A DNA stretch of 33,744 nt from Promethearchaeota archaeon (GTDB taxonomy: Archaea; Asgardarchaeota; Lokiarchaeia; Sigyniarchaeales; SOKP01): NCBI GenBank assembly GCA_016839745.1, contig JAEOTS010000123.1, positions 1-33,744 of the forward strand. The letters are read 5' to 3'. Shown here in pieces: positions 19,258-27,944 of the stretch (positions are counted from its first letter, which is position 1; each line of letters begins with the position of its first letter). A program made the position numbers and the translations under genes. Below the pieces are notes generated by a model. The model was given only the letters and a program-made list of their open reading frames with translations. It did no database searches and was not told where the DNA came from.

Positions 19258-20187
19258 TTATTGCTTTAAATCAAATCTCAAATGATTAACTATTTCTTTA
19301 TATCTGTTTCGTATTGTAGCTTCTGTAACTCCTGCCGCTAATGAAATTTCTTTTTGAGTACGGCGCTCCCCCTCCTGTATTGCTGCTACATATAACGCAG
19401 CTCCCGCTAATCCAGTGGGTGCTTTCCCCGCCGTAATACGATATTTCTTAGCTAACTTTAATAGTTCCGCAGCTCGGTTCTGAGTTCTCCCGGAAAGGTT
19501 TAGTTCCGCGCAAAATCTTGGGATAAAATTTATTGGAGAGGAAACTTGAATACTAATTTTTAATTCGTTTAATGTAAGCCTATAACAGCGAGCAATTTTT
19601 TTTTTATCGACGAGAGCAAATTCGATAAAATCATCAAGAGTTTTAGGAATATTATTTAATCTACAGGATAAATAAATTGAAGCTATAAGCATTGCTTCAA
19701 TAGATCTTCCTCGTATTAGATTTTTATGTGCCATTTTTCTATATATATGAGCTGCTGATTCTTTTAATTCTCTTGACAAGTTAAGCTGCGAAGAAAAGCG
19801 ATCTAATTCATTCATCGCATAGGCTAAATTTCGATCTATTGATTTATTGGTTCTCGTTCTAACGTGCCATTTCCTTAAACGGTAAACCTCAGCTTTCATT
19901 TTAGGGCTTATACTTTTTCCGAATGCGTCTTTATTTTTCCATCCAATCATTGTACTTAATCCTTTATCGTGCAGCGTTAAAGTTGTTGGTGCTCCTACTC
20001 GAACTTTTTTACTAGCTTCTTCTGAGGAAAAAGCTCTCCATTCTGGACCAGAATCAATGATTTTTTGGCTTAAAACAAGACCACATACATTGCATATAAC
20101 TTCGCCGCGAGCATTGTCAGATACTAGATTAGTATTCCCACATTCTGGGCATAAATTTAAATTATTTTGAGACATTGAAAGATCCAA
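19258..20187 (-). CDS. tfb: Transcription initiation factor IIB (TFB)
   Basis: Zn ribbon CPECG..CNVCG, GPEWRAF, HDKGLST, two cyclin repeats, VTEATIRNRYKE. Start is TTG 20187 or ATG 20175. Confidence 0.97.
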   Translation of the reverse strand: MDLSMSQNNLNLCPECGNTNLVSDNARGEVICNVCGLVLSQKIIDSGPEWRAFSSEEASKKVRVGAPTTLTLHDKGLSTMIGWKNKDAFGKSISPKMKAEVYRLRKWHVRTRTNKSIDRNLAYAMNELDRFSSQLNLSRELKESAAHIYRKMAHKNLIRGRSIEAMLIASIYLSCRLNNIPKTLDDFIEFALVDKKKIARCYRLTLNELKISIQVSSPINFIPRFCAELNLSGRTQNRAAELLKLAKKYRITAGKAPTGLAGAALYVAAIQEGERRTQKEISLAAGVTEATIRNRYKEIVNHLRFDLKQ

Positions 20188-20334
20188 TTACCTATACCCA
20201 CATATATTTCAAATCCTTAATTTCTATAATTAAAGTCATACTTTTAAATGTTTGCGTTTTATGGATTTATCAGCTAATAAAATTCACATTTAGAAATTTT
20301 AGAGTACGACATTTCACCAAAAATTTTTAATAAG

Positions 20335-20826
20335 ATGGAGTTTTCTAATTATATAATGCGACATTATTATAAAAGTCACGGGAAACATTGTTATCTGCGA
20401 TCATTTCAGACATCTTGCAAAAAGTGTGGTGCAGATGTGCTGTATTGGGAGTGCACTCACGGTAGCAAAATTTTTTTTGAGTATCCACCTTATGGAAAAT
20501 TACAAAGGCATTATTGTCGGAAAGATCGCGGGTTATTAAACAAGAGGAAAGTATTTCCAATTGTTGTTAAACCACCTAAAGGTCTTTTAGAAGACCCATA
20601 TTTTAGTTGCCCTGTGTGTGGAAAATTATTTAAAAAAGAAGCATCACTGCAAAATCACTTAAAAGAACAAAAAAGAGACGATTTAAAGCATTTTTTATTT
20701 GTTAATAATAAATTAACTTTTAAAGAAAATATCAACAAAAAGAATAAATTTGGCTCTGAAATCAATAAATCTCAATATGAACCCAAGTTTGGGAGAATAA
20801 ACATAAAGACCTCAAAAGAAGAATAA
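20335..20826 (+). CDS. Zinc-finger protein (C2H2 plus an N-terminal Cys/His cluster)
   Basis: FSCPVCGKLF....LQNH, plus CKKC..C.H..HYC. Confidence 0.7.
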   Translation: MEFSNYIMRHYYKSHGKHCYLRSFQTSCKKCGADVLYWECTHGSKIFFEYPPYGKLQRHYCRKDRGLLNKRKVFPIVVKPPKGLLEDPYFSCPVCGKLFKKEASLQNHLKEQKRDDLKHFLFVNNKLTFKENINKKNKFGSEINKSQYEPKFGRINIKTSKEE

Positions 20827-20931
20827 ATATGTAACCACAAATTTTTAATACAAATTTTATAATTATATTTATACTATTATTATTATTATTTTTTCACTAG
20901 GATAATTAAATCTAAAAAATTGGAAAAAAAA

Positions 20932-21537
20932 ATGCCCACTGATCCAGCCACTGTTGTTAACAATTTATTACAAAGAGATCCCAGTATTATTGCTGCTGCT
21001 TTAGTTCAAGGAAGAGATACTATTCTTTACTCAACAGATAATTGGGACGTTAGCGCTGATATTAGTAGAGTTATCTCAAGCTGGAATAGTTTGACAGCTC
21101 AATTTATCATGATTTCAGGCGTGAAATACTCTGTTCTTCAATGTACTTCGGAAAGATTGGTAGCTACTTCAATTCGAGGTGAAGGTCACATTCTTGGAGC
21201 AAAAGATGAAGAACATAAATTAATTATTTATCTTGAACCTGACGGCGAACCTATGGGAGCAACGATGGATACAGCGAGAGCGCTTTCACAACTAAGCTCA
21301 AAACAAACCTATATGGACGGTAACGCTCAATTAGGTGGTGCAAGCAAGCCTTCTGCCTCGGTTGGAGCGAATATCGACCCACAATTGAAGGGGGAAGTCC
21401 AATCCTTCCTAGAATGGATTAAGGATAGTGAGGGGTTATCGGGATACATCAATTATTATCTTCAACAAAACAATACTTCTATTATTTCGGAGCTTTCAAA
21501 AATCTACGCCGAGTTAAGGCAAATATTTGGAGTATAA
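20932..21537 (+). CDS. Profilin-like protein with C-terminal extension
   Basis: ILYSTDNWDV and ISGVKYSVLQCTSERLVATSIRGEGH match the Loki profilin pattern as I recall it (TENW.I, I.GIKY....TEER..GTN..G.GH). Confidence 0.8.
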   Translation: MPTDPATVVNNLLQRDPSIIAAALVQGRDTILYSTDNWDVSADISRVISSWNSLTAQFIMISGVKYSVLQCTSERLVATSIRGEGHILGAKDEEHKLIIYLEPDGEPMGATMDTARALSQLSSKQTYMDGNAQLGGASKPSASVGANIDPQLKGEVQSFLEWIKDSEGLSGYINYYLQQNNTSIISELSKIYAELRQIFGV

Positions 21538-21614
21538 TTTTATTCTTGGGTTAAACATAAGTTTTAATTAAGTTTTATTAGATATATTCACATAGAGTTA
21601 AATTACCAAGTTAA

Positions 21615-22124
21615 GTGAGAGTATTGGAGAATTCAGGCAAGAATACCAAAGAGGTTTCAAAAAACAAAGATGACAAACTTCTATCAGATAATATTTCGTC
21701 CAAAAATCAAGTTACTGGTAAAAGTAAAGGGCAATCAGAAGGTGTAAAGACAAAAAAGAAGGGGAAAAAACATCTCTCAACTGAAGAAGAATTAGATATC
21801 CCTTTAGTTCCCGAATCCCCGAAACAAAAGGATAAAATAACGATTAATTCTCCTGGACTTTCCGCTGACTTGGTTACACAAATGAAAAAGCTTGAGTCAG
21901 AAAAAAACAAGGTCGTTTTAGTAAATTGTGAACGTTGCAAGGAAATAATTGCCGTGCCTATTCCTAGAGTTTTTGTTTTAAAGTCTGAGTTACCAGTTGT
22001 TCCCATAAGCTATATTCACAAAAATTCTAAGAAAAAAGATCAACATTGTATTACGCTTCATCTTGATCATGATTTCGACATACGTAGGCAACGAATTTCT
22101 GATGTAGTTTTTGCTCCTAAGTAA
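21615..22124 (+). CDS. Hypothetical protein with disordered N-terminus and C-terminal CxxC/H/H metal-binding domain
   Basis: Lys/Ser-rich N-half, then CERC...YIH...HCITLHLD.DF.IR. Start is GTG 21615 or TTG 21624. Confidence 0.7.
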   Translation: MRVLENSGKNTKEVSKNKDDKLLSDNISSKNQVTGKSKGQSEGVKTKKKGKKHLSTEEELDIPLVPESPKQKDKITINSPGLSADLVTQMKKLESEKNKVVLVNCERCKEIIAVPIPRVFVLKSELPVVPISYIHKNSKKKDQHCITLHLDHDFDIRRQRISDVVFAPK

Positions 22125-22162
22125 CTACTATTATAAAATTAACGGACAACTAATTCTTTTTA

Positions 22163-22393
22163 TTAAAGATTCAATATTAAGTTAGAAATAATTGCTATAA
22201 GAATTGGTATTAAACACAATAAACAGAGAAAAGATATAAAGCTGTTTCTCCACTTTAAATCATTCGGATTAAGAATTGTATTGCAATTGTGACATATTTT
22301 CTGATTTGCGTCAATAATTTGAATACTACAGTTATAACAGCTTTTCATTGTTTTATTTTCATCAATAGGTAAGCTCTCTTTAGATTCAGACAT
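22163..22393 (-). CDS. Small zinc-ribbon protein with C-terminal TM helix
   Basis: CYNC..CHNC followed by a hydrophobic C-terminal segment. Confidence 0.7.
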   Translation of the reverse strand: MSESKESLPIDENKTMKSCYNCSIQIIDANQKICHNCNTILNPNDLKWRNSFISFLCLLCLIPILIAIISNLILNL

Positions 22394-22495
22394 TAAAAAT
22401 CAATGACTAAAATTTTTTAAAAGAATTAAAAAATATGCTGTATACTATATTATATAATTTTATTGTTAATTTATATAATAAAGACATTGTTTTAT

Positions 22496-22501
22496 AGGTG
22501 A
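22496..22501 (+). promoter_or_regulatory. Shine-Dalgarno AGGTGA preceding the ATT start
   Basis: Matches the archaeal GGAGGTGA consensus, 7 nt before ATT 22509. Confidence 0.7.
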
Positions 22502-22508
22502 GTAATCG

Positions 22509-23312
22509 ATTTCTGGTTATATAGGTAAAAGAATTAGATTAGAGAGGATTTTCAACCGGGAAACAAAAAGAACAATCATAATTCCCATGGATCATGGGTT
22601 AACTGAGGGACCCATTAAAGGAATCGACAGAAATTTAGGAGATATGGTTAACAAAATAGCTTTAGGAGGGGCAAATGCAGTTTTAGGCCATATAGGGATT
22701 CCACTTTATGCCCACAGAGGATATGGTCCAGACATTGGCTTGATTTTGCATTTATCCGGTTCAACTTCGCTAAGTCCGGAATCAAATTACAAGGTATTAG
22801 TCAACGACGTATTAGAAGCTGTAAAGTTAGGTGCTGATGGCGTCTCTTTACACATTAACATTGGAACAAAAACAGATCCAGAAATGTTGGAGATTTTAGG
22901 AAAGGTTTCACGAGAATGCCGAGAATTCGGGATGCCCCTTTTAGCTATGATGTACCCTAGAGGCGAAAATGTCGAAGACGAACACGACGCTCAGGTTGTT
23001 AAAATTGCAGCAAGAGTTGCTGCGGAGCTCGGTGCAGATATCGTAAAAACCAATTGGACAGGAGATCCCGATTCTTTCAAGGAAGTCGTTGACGGATGTA
23101 TGACCCCAGTAATTATCGCGGGAGGCGTGAAGGCAGGTATTAAAGAGCTTTTAGAAATAACAAAACAATCAATAGATGTTGGTGGTGCAGGAGTCGCGTA
23201 CGGTAGAAATGTTTTTCAATCGGAAAACCCAAGGAAGGTCGTGAAAGCGCTTCATTTAATCGTTCACGAGAATTATGGAGTAAATGAAGCCATAAAAGAA
23301 TTGAGATTATAG
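22509..23312 (+). CDS. DhnA-family class I aldolase (ADH synthase AroA' or fructose-bisphosphate aldolase)
   Basis: PMDHG, GADGVS.H, AMMYPRG, ELGADIVKT and GRNVFQ motifs. The conserved GKRIRLERIF N-terminus lies upstream of the track's ATG. Inferred ATT start at 22509. Confidence 0.9.
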   Translation: MSGYIGKRIRLERIFNRETKRTIIIPMDHGLTEGPIKGIDRNLGDMVNKIALGGANAVLGHIGIPLYAHRGYGPDIGLILHLSGSTSLSPESNYKVLVNDVLEAVKLGADGVSLHINIGTKTDPEMLEILGKVSRECREFGMPLLAMMYPRGENVEDEHDAQVVKIAARVAAELGADIVKTNWTGDPDSFKEVVDGCMTPVIIAGGVKAGIKELLEITKQSIDVGGAGVAYGRNVFQSENPRKVVKALHLIVHENYGVNEAIKELRL

Positions 23313-23349
23313 ACCTAATTTAAAAAGTTTTAACGTATTATTTCGAAAA

Positions 23350-23718
23350 ATGAAAGCTATCATCGAAAGATCAAAGCAGTTAGATAGAATTAAAATATAT
23401 ATTTCAATTTTTAAATTACATAAAAGTTATCTCGTACTTATTTCCGACCAAGAGACTATGGGTATAGGAAATGTAACTTTAGGGATCCCCCCTTCAATTG
23501 AAGGTATGAAAGTATCAGCAGCCACTCATCAATTATTCGGAGTTCAACAAAAAATATTAAGTAATATTATTGTTGAAAAGACATCTTCCTTTTTGAACGC
23601 CCCTGTATTATTACTGCTGTTTTTAAAATCTGTAAGAGATGATCACGAGATTTCTAAACCATTAATATTATTTTTAAATGAGATATTAATTGACATACCA
23701 AAAAACGGCAACGATTAA
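23350..23718 (+). CDS. Putative proteasome assembly chaperone 4 (PAC4/PAC3)-like protein
   Basis: 122 aa. SYLVLISD...IGNVTLGIP...LFG...LS.II.EK.....PVLL pattern resembles PAC4. Confidence 0.55.
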   Translation: MKAIIERSKQLDRIKIYISIFKLHKSYLVLISDQETMGIGNVTLGIPPSIEGMKVSAATHQLFGVQQKILSNIIVEKTSSFLNAPVLLLLFLKSVRDDHEISKPLILFLNEILIDIPKNGND

Positions 23719-23748
23719 CTAGTTAACGATAAATGCTAAAACAAGTAA

Positions 23749-23908
23749 TACAGGGAGTGGGACTCGAACCCACGTAGAGCTATCTCACCGGATATCCCAT
23801 CAGAAACTCCGTTAATCAACGGAAGTGTTTAATATTGATCTTGAATCCGTGTTGTGAGAATTTTTCTCACAAAAGTCCGGCACCGTTGACCAACTTGGTT
23901 ATCCCTGC
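23749..23908 (-). tRNA. tRNA-Leu(CAA) with two introns (30 nt at about 32/33, 23874-23845; 46 nt at 37/38, 23839-23794)
   Basis: Acceptor GCAGGGA/TCCCTGT with A73, Leu-type D loop, long variable arm GAG-ATAG-CTC, T arm GTGGG-TTCGAGT-CCCAC. Double splicing gives CCGGA-CT-CAA-GA-TCCGG. Confidence 0.85.
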
Positions 23909-23993
23909 TTAAAATTCTGAATTATTTTGACTCTAATTTAATATTTTATATGTCTTGATTTAAATTAATAAAATTATAAATAGTTTTTTGATA

Positions 23994-24224
23994 TTAGGGC
24001 GTAAAAATAAACAGAAACACGAATAAAACAGCCATCATACCAACCATAAATAACATTTGAATCCTACTTTTTTTCTTCTGCTTTTTTTGGCTTGCATGAT
24101 AGTTGTCTCCACAATTTTGACTACAAAACTGCTTATCTGTTGACATTGCTTTTCCACAGATTGGGCAATGACTATGCGGTCCCCACTTCTTTTTAATTTG
24201 ATCTTTCCAAGTAGCTTGAGACAT
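23994..24224 (-). CDS. DUF2116-like Zn-ribbon protein with C-terminal TM helix
   Basis: PHSHCPICGK....FCSQNC, basic stretch, C-terminal TM. Confidence 0.85.
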   Translation of the reverse strand: MSQATWKDQIKKKWGPHSHCPICGKAMSTDKQFCSQNCGDNYHASQKKQKKKSRIQMLFMVGMMAVLFVFLFIFTP

Positions 24225-24302
24225 GCTTTTTTCTCTTATTTATGAACTTGTTTGCTAAGTTAGTAAATTAATGCAAATTTTAATAATTTATTATTTAAAA
24301 TC

Positions 24303-25010
24303 CTATTTTGATATAATTGTGCCGATAATCTCTTTTTCGTTGTTCCAAAATTTACTAAATTGATTTAATTTCTTTCCTGACATTACCAATACACCCATTC
24401 CACTTCTTTTTAAGATTTGTAAGGAAACGGCGTCAAAAATACGATATTCTCCAGCGGATGCTTGCGTATTAACTGAGGATTCTAAAATTAATTTTTGTAA
24501 GGAATCGTACGAAATTCTTTCTAATAATTTTGCATCTTTATGAAGATTTGGATCTTTATCATATATACCGTCAATATCCGTAAGAATAACTAATCTTTCT
24601 GCTTTTAAATATTCTGCAACTGTTATAGCTACTGATGTAGTTGATTGTCCTGGTTGTAAACCCCCCATTACTACGATTTTGTACGAACTCATAGCCACCG
24701 ATAGTTCTTCGAACGATTTTGGTACTTGAGGATAAGCTAACTCTTTCATTTCAGATGTAATTAATCGGGAGTTTATGCGCGATATATCAATTCCTATCAA
24801 ATCACATAATACTTCATTCTCGGTAGAGGCTCTTATTGCTCGAATATATTGTCTGGCGACTGTTCCACCTCCGCATACGATAACAATCGAGTCGAATTGT
24901 GTATTGTTTTTTATTATATTGCAAAATTCAGTGATTTTTTGAGAATTTATAGTTCCCCCATCAGAAAAGAGAAGAGAGCCCCCAAACTTTATCACAATAT
25001 TCTTTGTCAT
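24303..25010 (-). CDS. pyrH: UMP kinase (archaeal type)
   Basis: IKFGGS, GGG.VAR.YI, MGGLQPGQSTT, TDIDGIYDKDP and AGEY.IFD motifs. Confidence 0.93.
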   Translation of the reverse strand: MTKNIVIKFGGSLLFSDGGTINSQKITEFCNIIKNNTQFDSIVIVCGGGTVARQYIRAIRASTENEVLCDLIGIDISRINSRLITSEMKELAYPQVPKSFEELSVAMSSYKIVVMGGLQPGQSTTSVAITVAEYLKAERLVILTDIDGIYDKDPNLHKDAKLLERISYDSLQKLILESSVNTQASAGEYRIFDAVSLQILKRSGMGVLVMSGKKLNQFSKFWNNEKEIIGTIISK

Positions 25011-25083
25011 AATAAACTATAATTGACTTTTATTTTTTAATTATACATATAATTAAATTGATAAAAGTAAAAATTTATGGGAT

Positions 25084-26052
25084 ATGGTAAGTAGCACAAA
25101 TAAAATTATTGTTGAAGTTCCCCATCGCATTTCGGGATTTTTTGAAATTGTGGATAAAGAAAACGGGATTCCAATTGAAAATCCGGAAAAGATTGGTTCT
25201 CGAGGAGCCGGATTTAACGTAAGTGGGGTAGGAAAAACAGTTATTTCCTATAATAAGCTTGAAAAAGAAGAGGAAAGTCAGTGCACAATATATATTAACG
25301 AAGAAAAATTGGACAAAAAAGCGGAAACAACGTATTACATATTTGATTATATTAAAAACCTAATTGATTACCCCATAAAAGTAAAAATTGAACACACTTT
25401 TGATTTACCCGTTGGTTGTGGGTATGGAGCAAGCGGTTCAGGAGCATTAGGAACGATTTTTGGACTGAATAAACTATTGAACCTTGGCCTAACCAATTTT
25501 GATAGCGGAAGGATGGCTCACATTTCAGAAGTTGTTAATAAAACGGGATTGGGCACTGTTTGCGGTCAATTAGGAAGAGGTTTGTGTGTTTTAAGAGAAC
25601 CAGGTTATCCTTGTAACTACGAGCGCTTACAAAGTCCGAACGATCTTTTAGTCATTTGTGGAACATTCGGAACGATACAAACCAAATCAATATTATCGGA
25701 CGAATTCTTAAGTTCAGAAATAAAACGAGCTGGTAAGATTGCTTTGAATAATTTATTGTTAAAGCCTAATTATAAGAATTTTGTCAAAATTTCATTCCAA
25801 TTTGTAGAAAATACACGAATCATGAATGTTCTAAATTTAGAGAAAGTAAGCGATCTATTAAGTGACTTATGGAAATTAGATATAATAGGAGCAAGTATGA
25901 ATCAATTAGGTCGCTCTGTTTATGCATTTTGTAAAAATGGAAAAGAAAAGGAAGTGTTTGAACTCTATAACACATACAAGCCCGATATAAAAACATTTAA
26001 ATTAACAATTAATAATGAACAGACTGTAAATTTTAAAGAATTTCTTCAATAA
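25084..26052 (+). CDS. pok: Pantoate kinase (GHMP family)
   Basis: PHRISGFF, GSRGAG, PVGCGYGASG, AH.SEV..KTGLG and SMNQLG motifs. Confidence 0.9.
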   Translation: MVSSTNKIIVEVPHRISGFFEIVDKENGIPIENPEKIGSRGAGFNVSGVGKTVISYNKLEKEEESQCTIYINEEKLDKKAETTYYIFDYIKNLIDYPIKVKIEHTFDLPVGCGYGASGSGALGTIFGLNKLLNLGLTNFDSGRMAHISEVVNKTGLGTVCGQLGRGLCVLREPGYPCNYERLQSPNDLLVICGTFGTIQTKSILSDEFLSSEIKRAGKIALNNLLLKPNYKNFVKISFQFVENTRIMNVLNLEKVSDLLSDLWKLDIIGASMNQLGRSVYAFCKNGKEKEVFELYNTYKPDIKTFKLTINNEQTVNFKEFLQ

Positions 26053-26066
26053 AAAGCATTATGAAA

Positions 26067-26900
26067 TTATTCTTGACTATTATTTGTTTTTGCCGAATTT
26101 AACGATTTTGATTTTAGAGTAGCTGCTTCCACCGCTCTGATTAGAGTCGCTCTTAACTTTGCTGACTCAAGTTCGTGTATCGCAGTAATAGTCGTTCCTC
26201 CCGGGGTAGCTACCATATCCTTCAATGCTGCGGGGTGTATATTCGTTTCTAATAGAAGTTTTGCAGAACCTAAAAGGGTTTGAGCAGCTAGTTTTAAAGC
26301 GGTGGCCCTAGGCAGTCCCATTTTCACGCCCCCATCGGCTAATGCTTCAATTATAATAAATATGTATGCTGGACCGCTTCCAGACAAACCTGTTACCGCA
26401 TCCAAATGTCTTTCTTCTAATTCGACTACCATCCCCACTGCTTTAAATATTCCTTTAACGAACTCTAGTTGGTAATCTTTAATATTTTCATTATGGGCTA
26501 TTGCTGTAGCTGCAGCACCTATAAGTGCCGGCGTATTGGTCATTATTCTTATTAATCCTACTGTTGGATTTATAACTTTATTAATGTGTTTAAAAGAAAC
26601 TCCCGCTGCAATAGATATTATTACTTGTTCGTTTGTAATAATCGGTCCAATTTCCTTTAAAACTGTATCTATAACTTGGGGTATGACAGCAATTAAAATA
26701 TATTTAGAGGATCTTGCTAATTCCTTATTGCTTTCAGCGTATTCAACTTTATATTCCTCGGATAATTTAGCCCGCTTATTTTCGTCTATATCATACGCAA
26801 CAATTTTGTTTCTATCAATTGTATTAGTGGAAATTAGCCTTTTCAATAAGGCAGATCCAATTTTTCCAGTTCCAATTATTCCTAATTCCTTATTATACAT
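26067..26900 (-). CDS. proC: Pyrroline-5-carboxylate reductase
   Basis: GIIGTGKIG, SIAAG, RIMTNTP, TGLSGSGPAY and TPGGTT motifs. Confidence 0.96.
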   Translation of the reverse strand: MYNKELGIIGTGKIGSALLKRLISTNTIDRNKIVAYDIDENKRAKLSEEYKVEYAESNKELARSSKYILIAVIPQVIDTVLKEIGPIITNEQVIISIAAGVSFKHINKVINPTVGLIRIMTNTPALIGAAATAIAHNENIKDYQLEFVKGIFKAVGMVVELEERHLDAVTGLSGSGPAYIFIIIEALADGGVKMGLPRATALKLAAQTLLGSAKLLLETNIHPAALKDMVATPGGTTITAIHELESAKLRATLIRAVEAATLKSKSLNSAKTNNSQE

Positions 26901-27003
26901 AAGAAGAATTTATCATTGTAACCAAAATAATGTTATTAAAATGAACTAAAAGTGAAGATAATTTTGGATGTTTTTTTTGAAATTCTACTACAAGGAACTT
27001 ATC

Positions 27004-27738
27004 TTATCTATATAATTCCACTTTTAATTCTTCTATTAGATTCCCTTTAATCATTCCTTTATTTCTATCGTAACCTTCACAAACTAGGCTCCTAACGCCA
27101 ATTATGTCTGGCCAAATTTCCCTTATTTTGGGAAGTGAGTCTTTCCTTAAATTTCCAGCAAGTGCAACCTCAAGATCTAATTCTTTTGCTTTATCTCTAA
27201 ATAGTTTTAATTGCTCAACATTAAGGAAATCAAATAACCCGTTTCCATCTTTGATATAAGTATCAAGCATCACGATGTCAGCGCCTGATTTAGCTGCTAT
27301 CACAGGAAGGGATAAAAATTCGGGAGAACTTTCCATCCTTATCTTATCAGCATAACCTGCTGCTACTATTTTTATATTTTTGTTATAATCTTTTACTGCT
27401 TTTACTACTTTACTCATTAAAAAAGTACATTCGTTTTCTGTTGTCGGACCTTTAAGCCCTATTTTAATAATATCTGCCCCCGCTACTGCAGCACCGAGGG
27501 CTGCTAAAGAAGCGGTACCAGGTAAATTTGGAAAATCTCCAATCGTTGCACTTAATAGTTGAGAGCTGTTAAATTGAATTAAATTCTTCATTTGTTTTAT
27601 AATCCAAGGAAAATTTGCTCCAAGAGACCCCTCGCTGGGATTTTTACAATCTATAAAATCAACTTCTTCGTGTTTAACTACAACCTTAGCTTCCTCCAAG
27701 GTTTTAGGGCTCACCAGCAATTTGATTCTCTTTTGCAT
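27004..27738 (-). CDS. mfnB: (5-formylfuran-3-yl)methyl phosphate synthase (4-HFC-P synthase)
   Basis: LLVSP, IDCKNPSEGSLGANFP, SATIGD, MLDT..KDG, LAGNL and DIIGVR motifs. Confidence 0.92.
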   Translation of the reverse strand: MQKRIKLLVSPKTLEEAKVVVKHEEVDFIDCKNPSEGSLGANFPWIIKQMKNLIQFNSSQLLSATIGDFPNLPGTASLAALGAAVAGADIIKIGLKGPTTENECTFLMSKVVKAVKDYNKNIKIVAAGYADKIRMESSPEFLSLPVIAAKSGADIVMLDTYIKDGNGLFDFLNVEQLKLFRDKAKELDLEVALAGNLRKDSLPKIREIWPDIIGVRSLVCEGYDRNKGMIKGNLIEELKVELYR

Positions 27739-27944
27739 AATCAATCGTGTAATATGTGAACGTTAAATATTAAATTATAATAGTCAAGAGGTTCAATTAT
27801 TAATAGATAGTTTATCCTTCAAGCTATAAAATTTCTTTTATTTTAAGATAAATGTAATTTAATCAAAACATATAAAGAACAATGAGATATAAAAATTTAA
27901 ATTAAATAATTATTATTAAATATCAAAAAAATTATGAATTTATT

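Noticed and set aside
23749-23908. tRNA-Lys(TTT) call with one long intron
   Set aside because: The long variable arm, D loop and G37 fit Leu, and the 37/38 BHB forms only with the CAA micro-exon
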